Assembly: GCA_951406725.2 (NCBI GenBank)
Contig: OX597814.1
Span: forward strand, 144,212,001-144,276,000
Length of the DNA stretch: 64,000 bases
Reading direction: 5' to 3'
Source: Octopus vulgaris
Lineage: Eukaryota
Under the pieces are notes generated by a model. That model did no database searches. It had not been told where the DNA came from and worked only from the letters and a program-made list of their open reading frames with translations. The translations under genes and the position numbers were made by a program. Of the stretch, positions 13,960 through 27,131 are shown piece after piece (the first letter of the stretch is position 1; every line of letters starts with the position of its first letter).

Positions 13960-15075
13960 GCGCCATTATGCAAGTAATTTGCTGTACGAGCTGAGGATGT
14001 GCGAATTTTTCCCTTGAAACGCGAGTGGAAATCCGCAGCAAGTTTCATACAAGCAACCGCTAATCAGCGCTCAGCTCGCACACGCTCTCCCAACAAGCGC
14101 AGCCTCCATTCGTTCAGTTCACATGTTTATCTCGTTGTGACAGCGTCCCTGTAGTGTGTTTTTCTCAGAGATTTGTTTTTAGTTTTGTGCGATTTTTGCT
14201 GTTATTTTATAATAATTAGTTTTGTTACCCATGGGTCCTAAGAAGGTTAGTGCAAAGGGCAGTGCTGAGAAGAAGAAAACACTGATTACGATAGAATTGA
14301 AGAATGAAATCATTGATAAACATGAGAGAGGAGTGTATGTAGTGGACATAACATGTCAATACGACAGAAGCACTTCGACGATCTGCACCATCCTGAAGAA
14401 AAAGGATGAGATCAAGGCCGTTACAACAACAAAGTGTGTCTCCAGGCTCTCCAAGAATCGCACATCTGTCCACAAATAGATGGAAAAATTGCTTTTCCTG
14501 TGAATCAACGAGAAGCAATTCGCAGTTAATACGATTACGTAGACCACCATCTGTGAGAAAGCACGAGCGCTGAATGGGGATCCCCTGAAGCAGAACCCTG
14601 GAACCTCGACGGAGGAGACATCAGCAGACACATTTAAGGCCAGTCACGGCTAGTTCGATAATTTCAAGAAAAGGACTGATATTCATAGCATCAACGCGGC
14701 GAGCTGGCAGAACCGTTAGCACGCCGGGCGAAATGCGTAGCCGTATTTCGTCTGCCGTTACGCTCTGAGTTCAAATTCCGCCGAGGTCGACTTTGCCTTT
14801 CATCCTTTCGGGGTCGATAAATTAAGTACCAGTTACGCACTGGGGTCGATGTAATCGACTTAATCCGTTTGTCTGTCCTTGTTTGTCCTCTCTATGTTTA
14901 GCCCCTTGTGGGTAATAAAGAAACAGATATTCATAGCATCGTCAAGTATGGAAAAGCAGCATGTTCTGACACGATGGCAGCTGAAGATTTCGTGCATGAA
15001 TTCCGTCAGCTCATCGCAACTGAGGGGTACATCGCACAACAGGTATTCAACCGTGATGAAACTGGCCTTCCTCAT
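13960..15075 (+). mobile_element. Tigger/pogo DNA transposon 5' half (CENP-B-type HTH to first catalytic D), pseudogenised
   Basis: MGPKKVSAK..ITIELKNEII..STSTICTILKKK, FKASHG*FDNFKKR and QQVFNRDETGL; in-frame stops; interrupted by a SINE. Confidence 0.9.
14693..14925 (+). mobile_element. Young SINE family B (type-1 tail) with 15-bp TSD
   Basis: GATATTCATAGCATC at 14678-14692 and 14926-14940. Confidence 0.93.
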
Positions 15076-15119
15076 GCACAAATCGTGCCATCTTAAAGGT
15101 AATTAAATTAATAAAATCA

Positions 15120-15300
15120 GTTCTATATTTAAGAGATGAGGAATTGTGTACATTATTTACATTATCTACATTTAACGGATATTTGTCCTCATCTTGTTTG
15201 TTGTTAACACAACGTTTCGGCTGATATACCCTCCAGCCTTCATCAGGTGTCTTGGGGAAAGTTCGAACCTGGGTTCTCATTCCTAAGGTATTTTTTGATG
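15120..15300 (-). mobile_element. Hammerhead-bearing SINE tail (same family as 8728-8978)
   Basis: Reverse complement matches 8855-8978 and extends it; preceded on the minus strand by (AAT)n. Confidence 0.85.
15206..15251 (-). ncRNA. Minimal type I hammerhead ribozyme, intact core
   Basis: GACAC-CUGAUGA-A-GGCUG-(10 nt)-CAGCC-GAAAC-GUU-GUGUU; palindromic AACGUU stem III. Confidence 0.75.
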
Positions 15301-15342
15301 TTGTTATTATTATTATTATTGTTATTATTGTTGTTATTGTTG

Positions 15343-15406
<64 letters not shown>

Positions 15407-15440
15407 CATTTTTATCATTTTTATTATTATTATTATTATT

Positions 15441-15886
15441 GAGTGAGCGAGCAGAGCATGCCAACAAAGTGACACTGGGGTAAAATATACGAAACCCAGT
15501 ATACCCATCATGACTACCCGTCTGATAAGGGTACACCAGGCACATGCATCACAACCATATCTGCGCGACATGGTGATCTCATATCAAGATAAACAGCACA
15601 TGACCTTACAGGTGGAGCCCAGTTAGAATTTTCTTCAGATCGAGTAACCCATCCTGCTCAAAGGTCCCTGAATAAGGGTTGTTTAAGGACGTTGAACGAA
15701 ACACCCATGTTTCCAGAGGTGAATTATTCAAACCCCAAAGAATCCTTCTCAACACATGGCTATGATGCTCCCCCACTACTTCTGCTCGTGATCAGAGATG
15801 CACATATCGTCAGCCACTAAGGGACATGCTCAACTGGTTAAGGTCAAACAACTGACAAGCAAATCTGTGGTATTGAGCAGAATATT

Positions 15887-15887
<1 letters not shown>
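15441..15887 (-). mobile_element. 5'-truncated retroposon 3' end terminating in (AAT)n
   Basis: Reverse complement of 19838-20350; both copies end ...CACTC-(AAT)n. Confidence 0.75.
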
Positions 15888-15930
<43 letters not shown>

Positions 15931-15959
15931 TACAGGTCACTGAATAATGATTTTTCAAA

Positions 15960-16733
15960 GTCGACGAAACACACACATAGATAAGGTAGACCACCTGATA
16001 GAAACTTCACGGCGAGTGGGCTTGAGGATCAGCCGGGCTTGCGTATCAACAACAAGCAGGAGGAGCCAATCACAATCGAGGGGGCACCTGTGGAGGATGT
16101 TAGTGAGTTTGTCTATCTTGGCAGCAAGATGAGGAAATCAGGTGGATCAGACGAGGATATCACGGCAAGAAGGCTTGCTGACATCTCAGCTCGAACTAAA
16201 CTCCGCTTATTTAGTTCAAACGTAAAATCTGTGCTTTTGAAACATGGAGAGCCACCTGCAGTAACTACAAGAAGATCCAGACCTTCATCAGCAAATGTCT
16301 CCGGCAGATCCTCCATCAGAAGTGATTCGAGTACCAAACACCAACCTGTGGGAAAGGGCGAACCAAGATCCCTTACATGTTCAGATTAGACGAAATGGAG
16401 ATGGATCGGGGACACACTGCAGAAAGAACCCTCAAATGTGACACGACAAGCATATGACTGGAACCCGCAGGAGAAAAGGAAGCGAGGACGCCCGAAGCAG
16501 ACATGGAAGCGGAGCATTTTGGACGAGCTCAGAACAACCGGCCTGACATGGGAATTAGCCAAGAAGCACGCCACTGGCCGCAAAAAATGGAAAACAACTG
16601 TTGAAGCCCTATGCTCCACAAGGGGCAAAATGGATTAAGAAGAAGAAGAAGTAGAAGAAGAAGAAAAAGAAGTAGAAGAAGAAGAAGAAGAAGAAGAAGA
16701 AGAAGAAGAAGAAGAAGAAGAAGAAGAAGAAGA
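15960..16733 (+). mobile_element. RTE-clade LINE 3' fragment with (GAA)n tail
   Basis: VEDVSEFVYLGS, TKLRLFSSNVKSVLL and DWNPQEKRKRGRPKQTWKR..WKTTVEALCSTRG*; (GAA)n at 16639-16733. Confidence 0.9.
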
Positions 16734-16830
16734 ATTAGCTATATATATAATTCGATTAGAGATTGTTAACCTCATGAATCTCCATTTTTGTCTTCTTATA
16801 TATATAGATTATATACATATACACACACAT

Positions 16831-16934
<104 letters not shown>

Positions 16935-18333
16935 TTGCTTGTTTCAGGGTTTTGACTGCGACTATGTTTGGACACCATTTTCAAGGATTTAGCCGAACAA
17001 TTTGGATCTTTCTGTTTTGCTCTAGTTTTTGAAATTTTAAAATTAAATGAAAATTTTCAAAGTTGGTGTATTAATGTAATTTTTCACGCTAAATCTAATT
17101 TTGTTATTCATTTGTTCCTGAAAAATCTTAGAAAAATGTAACAGAGGATTTAAATTTGATTGTTTTAATCCAATCAGAAAACAGCATTTGGAAGCTGGAA
17201 TTTTGCACGTGACAGCTATCTATGGCAACATTAGACAACGTATTATAACAACGGAAGGTTTAATAATTTTTAATTAATAGAGCCATGTGAAATGATGGAA
17301 CAAGCATATAAACAATATAAAAGGAATGAACCTCAATGAATTTGGTTGCGAAAAATTACAAACGAAAACAACGAACTTTAACTTACGGAAAAACAAACAA
17401 GTTTAAATTACAAAAAAAAAAAAACTGTACTTCAGCTCATATAAATAAAACGTTTTGTAGCGAAAATTCAAAAACGAAAGTTTGAAATGCAGTCTAGGAG
17501 CCCAAAGAATATATTGTTCAATATATGATTTTTTTTTCTTTTTCTAGATGGTAGTGCATAATTCAAGAGAAAGTTGACTGCTAATTACAAGTTAAGCAGC
17601 ACATGATAGAGTTTGGCACAACTGTATTTAAATCTCAATTTGCACAGATACAGAAAGAGAGCTAGAGGGGTATGAGAGAGGACAGAGATAGAGTGAGAGA
17701 TAGGAAGGGAGATAACTAGAGAGAAGGTGAGGCAAGAGTGTGTGTGTGCGTGTGTGCATGTGTATGCGCGCATGGATATGTGTATAAGTGTAGTTTTGTT
17801 TTCATGTGTTACCATGTACCTCCGCATACTAAACATGTACACACAAAATGTTAGAAATAACACCTGGAACTGAAATTAGATTCTGCAGTATTCTTTTAGT
17901 AGGAAGGACACATTAGATAATGTAGCCCTAGTTATACTACGTCTGAATAAAGGCGGAATAATCAAGCACCGTTTCTCGAGCTAGGGTAGACGACAGTGAC
18001 CGAAGATGCTTAGAAGCTACTTGTCCAATGTACCATGCAGAGAGATTGAACCTAAAACTACACAGTTGCAAAACGAACATTTTACCACATTTTATACTGT
18101 GTTTAAATGTTATAGCTACTGTTAAACCTAAGTCAGCGTTGTAACACGTGCATTGATGGAGATTAGGTTCCTATTTCTTGCATGTAAGGGAGAACGTAGG
18201 TGGACCGTTATTCTTCTGTGTCTACGTTGTTGTTGCTCTTGTTATATAGCAACAGGTCAAGTTTCATTGCGCAAACCTATCATTGGAAGGTGTTCCAGCC
18301 GTGATCCCCGGTTTCTTTGCTTACGTATATATA

Positions 18334-18378
<45 letters not shown>

Positions 18379-18389
18379 TATGTGTTATC

Positions 18390-18714
18390 TTTTACTTGTT
18401 TAGTCATCAGACTGCGACCAAGCGGGGGCACCGTCTCGAAGAATTTTTAGTCGAATAAATCGATCCCTGGTACTTATTCTATCGGTCTCTTTTTATTGAT
18501 CCGCTAAGTTACGGGGGCAACGACACAACAACACCGGTTGCCAAGCAGTAGTGGACGGACAACACAGACGCAAAAACACCAGATCCACTCACAAGGCTTT
18601 GGTCGGCCCGAGGCTTTCGAAGAAGACGCCTGCACAAGGTGTCACGTAGTAGGTCTGAACCCGGAACCATGTGGTTCAGAACCAAGCTTCTTACCATACA
18701 GCGATGTCTACGCC
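18390..18714 (-). mobile_element. SINE family A, diverged
   Basis: Head and tail homologous to family A. Confidence 0.75.
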
Positions 18715-19127
18715 TATATATATATGTGTGTGTATACACACACATACATTTGACCTCACTATCTTATGACGACAGGATGTAAATTGAAGGAGATTTAACT
18801 ACTATTTCTAGCAAATTGAGCGTCTACGTGCAGACTAGTTGCATGATTTTGATTGCTGATGAGTATGTGCGTATGTGTGTGTGTTTGAGAGAGAGAGAGA
18901 GAGATAGTTGTTATCTGTAATACTATATGTGTTTGACTATCAAGTTATATATCTGTGATGTGTATGTGTGTTGTCTGTTTTACTATATATGTGTGTGTGT
19001 CTAGTTGTGCCCTTTATGTTTCTTGTGTTTGTGCGCATGTATTTATGCCTGACTGTTGGTACATCTGCTTTCTGATCTTGTCGTCATCCCTCCTTTCTTT
19101 TCACTTCTCTCTCTCTCTCACTGTGTT

Positions 19128-19167
<40 letters not shown>

Positions 19168-19221
19168 CAGCATATACCGTTAATATTTAGCCCTTGGTCA
19201 GTCCTGCTTGACAATCTAACT

Positions 19222-19373
19222 CAGGGGTCTCCAAAGTGGTCGATATCGACCCCTAGAAGTCTATGGGACCCCTCAAATGATCGATAAATGCACATCTGCT
19301 TAATTATTTTTACTATTCAGTCATTTTCTTGTACATGCCTGGGTGTCGATGAGCGGTCAAGGTGACACCCCTA
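19222..19373. mobile_element. hAT-type MITE (152 bp)
   Basis: 8-bp TSD ATCTAACT at 19214-19221 and 19374-19381; termini CAGGGGT...ACCCCTA. Confidence 0.8.
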
Positions 19374-19729
19374 ATCTAACTCATCGTTTTCTATTCGAGC
19401 AGCCTAAAGGACAATGTCACACATAGACATATATGACAATTTATATGGTGCAGTCTCAAATGGGCATTCAGTTTGTTTATGGGAAGAATATGAAGTCATT
19501 GAGTTGTTGCACTATCACAAAAATATAGATTATTTGTGTTGACCCTGAAATGGTATGCTTCCTTCTTGATCAGCAACGCGGATACACCAAGTATCCTGGC
19601 TGCCTGCAGGGATCTATATATATATATATATGGTTGGGTCGTTGGCAACTAAACAGGCGCCCCCATTAGGCTTGCCTGGCGAGGAGGGTGTCCAGAAAAC
19701 CAGCAAGACTAAAACCAAGCTGAGTTTTC

Positions 19730-20431
<702 letters not shown>

Positions 20432-20853
20432 TTCTTTTAATGATCAAAAGGGCCCAAGACATTGAGAGCAATATCGAAGGGCGAGTTACAGCACAGACAA
20501 AAAAAAAAGCACAACAGAACAAAAGTTACAAAAGCATGTGGGGTTAAAATCGAACAAGGGGAGATACTACCACATTAAAGGATATAACATCTGAAAATAT
20601 ATAATAGAAAATAGAGAAATAAATGATAAAGAAATAGAATCTCCAATAGCGGGACAGTCCACTTAGGGTAATCTGGGGAAAACCCCACACAAAAATCCCG
20701 GATTAATCTTCCACTCCCAATGCATGGGAAAGTGCCCTCATCCAGTCTCTTTCCTTCTACTTAGAAAAGCATTTTCAGAGTAAATCCATCCAGTCTCACC
20801 ACTTCTGCCACTGTCGACCCCCTTTTGATAAACACACTAGAAGGCAGCATCTC
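20432..20853 (-). mobile_element. Tx1/L1-like LINE 3' end, copy 1
   Basis: Shares GGCCCAAGACAT..CAATATC and CTACTTAGAAAAGCAT blocks with 20891-21780. Confidence 0.6.
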
Positions 20854-20854
20854 C

Positions 20855-20890
<36 letters not shown>

Positions 20891-20893
<3 letters not shown>

Positions 20894-21780
20894 ATCGGTC
20901 ACTAAGGCCCAAGACATGGAGGACAATATCAAAGGACGAAATATATATTTCTTTACTACCCACAAGGGGCTAAACACAGAGGGGACAAACAAGGACAGAC
21001 AAACGGATTAAATCGATTACATCGACCCCAGTGCGTAACTGGTACTTAATTTATCGACCTCGAAAGGATGAAAGGCAAAGTCGACCTTGGCGGAATTTGA
21101 ACCCAGAACGTAACGGCAGACGAAATACGGCTACGCATTTCGCCCGGCGTGCTAACGTTTCTGCCAGCTCGCCGCCTTGGACGAAATATAACATACAGAA
21201 ACGTGTGAGGTTTAAATCGATCAAAATGAGACACTACAATATTAAATGATATAACAAAGAACATATACATAGAAATTAGAGAAATAAATAATTAATTACC
21301 CACTTTGGGTAATTCGGGTAAAATCCCACGCAAGTATCCAGGATAATACTGCCGTCCCCAGAACATAGGAAATGCCCTCTTCCAGTTTATTTTTTCCTAC
21401 TTAGAAAAGCATACTTAGAGTAGATCCATTCAGTCTCATCAGTCTCCCTCTCTACCCTCACCTTCCTCTTCAACGCAGGCCCACAAGTCTCTGGTGAACG
21501 GACGGCTTCGTCCCCCTGCATGCATCTCGGGCAGGTTCGACTGCTGGCAATTCCATGCCTGTAGAGCTTGTCTCGAACAGGCAATGACCCCTCCCCATCC
21601 TCGTAGCATAGCTGTGCCAAAGACTTTTGGAAATTGCCCATGGTCTCCGTACCAGAAAGTCCTCCGGAAGAGACCACTCGAAATGTTTTCATCGAAGCGC
21701 TGAGTCAGTCAATCCTAGGCCATCAGTGATCATATCCTCAACAAGCCCCCTATAGAAATGTTGGGTTGTTTTTCCTGCTG
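20891..21780 (-). mobile_element. Tx1/L1-like LINE 3' fragment, copy 2, interrupted by a SINE
   Basis: SLPVRDKLYRHGIASSRTCPRCMQGDEAV resembles the post-RT zinc-binding region of L1/Tx1 ORF2. Confidence 0.65.
20946..21178 (-). mobile_element. Young SINE family B (type-1 tail) with 12-bp TSD
   Basis: GGACGAAATATA at 20934-20945 and 21179-21190. Confidence 0.92.
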
Positions 21781-21783
21781 ATG

Positions 21784-21811
<28 letters not shown>

Positions 21812-21814
<3 letters not shown>

Positions 21815-22604
21815 ATTCTCCTTATTCTTAGTGCAAGTTTTGAAGAGGGTAGTTCGGTTTTAACAGTTATTTTTTCAAAGGTTTAGTGGAAGTGACAAAG
21901 GAGCATATTGGGCATATTTTGCTTTATGAGTTCAAAAAAAGGCAACAACCCAATGGAATGTGCGAGGAATATTAATGCCGTATATGGGAATCAGACAGTA
22001 AGCGTAATCCAGTGTCAACGGTGGTTCCAGATATTCCGAGCCGGAAACTACAGCCTAGAAGACGAGCCTCGTCCTGGAAGATCTGTAGAGCACGACGAGG
22101 ACGTCTTGCAAACCCTAGTTGAACAAAATTTCATCGTAACAGTTGAGAAACTAACAGAGAAGCTTGGATTTGGCCATTCAACCATTCATCAACACCTGCG
22201 CTAGAAGAAAAATTACCATCTTTGGTTTCAAGACAAAAGGCCACTTACAGCGAAGAAGATATTCCAAAGGCTGGAGCAGTTTGAATGAGAAACGAGACCC
22301 TTTCCACCATATTCGCCGGACATTGCCATATCTGATTATCATTTATTCCACAGTCTTCAAAATTATTTGAACAAAAAAAATATGAATTCTGTAGATGAGG
22401 TCAGAACAGAACTGGTGGAGAATTTTTCACCACAGACCAGTGAACTTTGGAAGAGGAGCCTTGCAAGTCTACCAGACAGATGGAAGAATATTGTAGAAAA
22501 AGAAGGAGAGTATATTTTAGATTTAAAAAAAAAAACAACTTTATATTAATTTTGAAAAATAAAAGAAGTATTAAAAAAACCGCAGTATTTATGGGATGAC
22601 CTAA
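21812..22604 (+). mobile_element. mariner transposon, internally deleted
   Basis: CQRWFQIFRAGNYSLEDEPRPGR, PPYSPDIAISDYHLF and LPDRWKNIVEKEGEYI; 3' TIR ..TTTATGGGATGACCTAA followed by TA. Confidence 0.9.
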
Positions 22605-22892
22605 TAAGTACATAAATACATACTTTCTTCAGCGTTACTGTTTCCCATGACTGAAGCAAGTAATACATAAAAGATATATACATACTTTCTTAAGCGTTAC
22701 AGTACTCCAATTTATTCAATGCATTCCTGTAGGTCCACTTACGGTACCAGTACCACTTGTTAAATAAAATAAATATTCGGCTATGCCTTTGTGAGGTATT
22801 CAGTACTTTCTTGTGTTATAGTGCACTCGATCTACACTCAACGTATGTAATGAGTAAGCATGTATATGTATATATGTATGCATGCATACACA

Positions 22893-22943
<51 letters not shown>

Positions 22944-22950
22944 ATGTGAA

Positions 22951-23275
22951 GGTGCATGGCTTAGTAGTTAGAGCATTGGGCTCACAATCATGGGGTAGAG
23001 AGTTCGATTCCCGGACCGAGCTGTGTATCATGTTCTTGAGGAAGACACTTTTTTTCGCTCAACTGTAGAAATGAGTTGCAGCATTACCGGTACCAAGCTG
23101 TATTAGCCTTTGCCTTTTCCTTGTATAAAATCGGTGGCATAGAGAGGGGAACTGTTAAGCATAGGTGACTGCTCGTTTCCATAAACAACCTTGCCCGGAC
23201 TTGTGCCTCGGAGGGTAACTTTCTAAGTGCAACCCCATGGTTATTCATGACCGAAGGGGGGTTTTATCCTTTATT
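22951..23275 (+). mobile_element. SINE family C (tRNA head with CORE-like block)
   Basis: A box TGGCTTAGTAG, B box GTTCGATTCC; homologous to 23449-23785. Confidence 0.85.
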
Positions 23276-23448
23276 CTATGTGCGTATTTTATATAGGTGT
23301 GTGTGAACGTGTGTCTGTCCATGTGCATTCACCCACACGCACGCATACGTACACACACATGCACACATATACACACACATATACGTATACACATATATGT
23401 AGTTTGATTTGTTAAAGCTTTTTTTAAATTTTTGTCTAGTCCCTACCC

Positions 23449-23785
23449 GGCGCATGGCTCAGTGGTTAGAGTGTCGAGCTTACGATCGTGAGGTTGTGAG
23501 CTCGAATGCCGGACCGGGCAGCGTGTTGTGTTCTTGAGCAAAGCACTTTATTTAACGTTGCTCCAGTTCACTCATCTGTAGAAATGAGTTGCGACGTCAC
23601 TGGTGCCAAGCTGTATCAGCCTTTGTCTTTCCCTTGGATAACACTGGTGGCGTGGAGAGGGGAGGCTGGTATGCATGGGCGACTGCTGGCCTTCCATAAA
23701 CAACCTTGCCCGGACTTGTGTCTAGGAGGGTAACTTTCTAGGTGCAATCCCATGGTCATTCATGACCGAAGGGGGTCTTTTTACC
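23449..23785 (+). mobile_element. SINE family C
   Basis: TGGCTCAGTGG head; GTGTTCTTGAGCAAAGCACTT..CTGTAGAAATGAG resembles the CORE-SINE domain (from memory). Confidence 0.85.
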
Positions 23786-24155
23786 CAATCAAGTTAATCT
23801 ACCTCATTGAGTAAACTCATGATTAAAGACATTCCACATATGACGACAACTACCAATTTCCATAGATTATTTAGACACCATTATCATTATGACGGTTTAG
23901 TGTAACATCAAGCAGATTTGGCTGCAAATCAAATCAAATCAAATGCGGAAACATTTCATTGTAAGAATGTACAAGAATGTTGTACAGCTTAATTGCGAGT
24001 TAATAAGTTAATTAAAACATTAATCAACTTCATGTTAAACGGCAAAGTTGAGTGAAATATATATGGCTGTGTGTGGGGGCGTGTGTTTCTATGCATATGT
24101 TTATACACACATATACACAAATATATACGCACACACACGCACGCACATACACACA

Positions 24156-24240
<85 letters not shown>

Positions 24241-24660
24241 GTATATATATATATATATGTAAGTATGTGTATATATGTATATGTATGTATTTATATATGA
24301 GTATGCAGGTATGCATATGAACACGCGCACATACGAGCACACACAAATATGCACATACATATCATACACACACACACACACACACGCACACACGCACACA
24401 CTTACATATACACGTTATGCAGATTAGTTAGTGGTCCATTATTAATAATCATTGTAAAAAGATGGAAACAAAATGTAATGAGTAGACATTAAAAATTCAG
24501 TGTATATCCCACCGTTTCATATCCATTACCCACTTTCTCTTGTATATTGGGCGTTTTCAGCATAAATTAATGGAACTATATGCTGTCACCTAATTAATTA
24601 TATAATATTAAGCAACGATTTAGGTTCCTGTTATTGTATAGGTGCGTTAATTACAGTTTT

Positions 24661-25078
24661 AGAGCATTTTATCTCCTATTTCTAGCAATGTAGGTGTTTA
24701 TTAACACCCTGGTCCCCTTCAATGACAATTATAGTTCTCTTTTTTGGTGAAACATTGCAACCTTCTGTTTATATTAATTTTCTGTATACACATTAGCAAA
24801 TCGCTTAATCATCCATTAATTTGGATAACGAAAACATAAATACTAATGGAGAAGCTAATCCGAAAAAGAGCTGAGATCGAGCGAGCTTAACTGATGAAGC
24901 AACAGATATTGCTGAAACTGATGTCAGTGTTAAGAATTCTCGATCGGCACTTTTCAGATAATTCTGGTCCCTCTTAGTGTATGCTTTCCTTCATGTTCGT
25001 TAACATTAGAGCATTTAACTCTTATTGCTAGCAATGTTGGTGTTTATTAAAACCCTGGTTACATTTAGTGACAATTAT
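24661..25078 (+). repeat. ~72-bp imperfect direct repeats spaced ~347 bp apart, enclosing the hammerhead
   Basis: AGAGCATTT..CTAGCAATGT.GGTGTTTATTAA.ACCCTGGT..TGACAATTAT at 24661-24732 and 25008-25078. Confidence 0.85.
24875..24945 (+). ncRNA. Extended type I hammerhead motif (cleavage triplet GUG)
   Basis: GAUCGAG-cgag-CUUAA-CUGAUGA-AGCAA-cagaua-UUGCU-GAA-ACUGAUGUCAGU-G-UUAAG-aauu-CUCGAUC. Confidence 0.75.
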
Positions 25079-25369
25079 GTGTGTGCGTGTGTTATGAAAG
25101 GCTTTGGATTTGAGACAAAAATTTTGGGTTGTCAGTCCATAAAGATATATATGCAAAATAAATATTTCGACATGAGGGGGAAACACACGCAATATTCAGC
25201 GATATTTAAATCATATAAATTTTGTACATACATGATCGGCTCCTCGCATTTGAGGTGCTAATATTAAAACTCACAAGAATATATGGAAAGTTCGAAAGAG
25301 AAGTCCAAATTATTTGAGGACTAAATAGTTGTGCTATATACGGAGTATAATTCTCCCTATTCATTAAAT

Positions 25370-25410
<41 letters not shown>

Positions 25411-25537
25411 GTGTTTATATATATATATAAACATATATACATAATTAAAATGATAATGCATGCATATATATTCAAACATATCAGTATAACTATATGTATA
25501 TACAATGCATACGCTATATATATGCATTTATATATGC

Positions 25538-25591
<54 letters not shown>

Positions 25592-26029
25592 ATATGCATG
25601 TGTGTGATGATTAACTACTTGAGTAACAACAAGAGGTAGACCTCAATATGCTCGAAATTAAAAAAATATGTTTAAAATATTATAGAACCATGCACAGCAA
25701 TCACATACAGAACTTGAAGTTTCCCAGTCAGTCACGGGTATAAAGTTATCCGACTTCTAGTCTTTGATAAGCTCACGTGTCGCTGTTCATCAGTAGTCAT
25801 GCGAATCCATCACAATTAAGACAACCAATGCTCCCCAAAAATATCACCGAAACCTAGTGTTTCTAGAAGAAAACTTCTGCTAGATTTCATTATAGGATTG
25901 TGACCAAAAAATCCTGACGTGGGCATGAAGATTATCACCATTATCAACATCATTTAACATCTACATGTTCACAGTCCTCAAATGTATGTCTACAGAGCTT
26001 TTATTTTAAAGTTTTGTGTATTAATACAA

Positions 26030-26063
<34 letters not shown>

Positions 26064-26390
26064 ATGCGTGTGCGTGCGCGAGAGCACGTGTTTATATTTA
26101 TAAGCTGAGCTGTCAAACTCGTTAGCACATCGGACAAAATGCTTAGCACCATTTCTTGTGGGTTTTTATGAGCTGAGTTTAACTTTTCTACACGTCATGG
26201 TCTCCATAAAATAAAATACCAGTCAAGTAATGAGCCGTACGTGATCACCTTGTCCTTTCTCCCCAAAATTGCCAGCCTAGATCAGATCGGTGTCCCGATC
26301 AGGGGATATGTTGGGATTTCGTTCACTTATACGTCATGGAACGCAGATAACTCTGAATTATAATTCCTACGGTTCAAGAAATATATTTGA

Positions 26391-26493
<103 letters not shown>

Positions 26494-26501
26494 AGAGAGA
26501 G

Positions 26502-26832
26502 GGGTGCATTGCCCAGTGGTAAAGCGTCGGTTTCACAATCATGAGGTAGTCAGTTCGATTCCCGGATTGGGCTGTGTGCTGTGTACTTAAGCAAGACACT
26601 TTATTTCACGTTGCTCCAGTTCACTTAGCTGCAAAAATTAGTTGCGACGTCACTGATGCCAAGCTGTATCGGCTTTAGCCTTTCTTTTGGACATCATCAG
26701 TGGTGTGGAGAGGAGAGGCTGGTATGCATGGACGACTGTTAGTCTTCCATAAACAACCTTGCCCGGATTTGTGCTTCGGAGGCACATTCTAAGTTCAATC
26801 CCATGGTCATTCATGACGGAAGGGGGTCTTTA
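26502..26832 (+). mobile_element. SINE family C
   Basis: Homologous to 23449-23785. Confidence 0.85.
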
Positions 26833-26843
26833 ACTTCTCTCTC

Positions 26844-26889
<46 letters not shown>

Positions 26890-26960
26890 CATGTTGATTC
26901 GCTAGCTTCTGCACGCACTTTGTTCTCTCCTTGTTTCTCTCCGTGTTTCTTTTCTGTGTA

Positions 26961-26998
26961 TCTTTCTGTTGAAGAGCGTAGGCTCGAAACGTAAAAGA
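26961..26998 (+). ncRNA. Minimal hammerhead motif (A6U core variant) within a ~200-bp repeat (26890-27096) in (TA)n
   Basis: UCUUU-CUGUUGA-A-GAGC-guag-GCUC-GAAAC-GUA-AAAGA; perfect 5-bp stem I and 4-bp stem II. Confidence 0.65.
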
Positions 26999-27095
26999 CT
27001 TGTTTTATTTATATTCCTGAGCGCCATACTAATACAATTGTTTGTTTGTATTCCACCTGCCTTCGTCTTTTGTTTATTTTCATAAAGCTTCCCGT

Positions 27096-27129
<34 letters not shown>

Positions 27130-27131
27130 TA

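Noticed and set aside
25711-25800. Minus-strand CTGATGA...GAAACTTCAAGTT hammerhead candidate
   Set aside because: Stem III is palindromic and stem II partial, but stem I cannot pair; possibly a decayed copy
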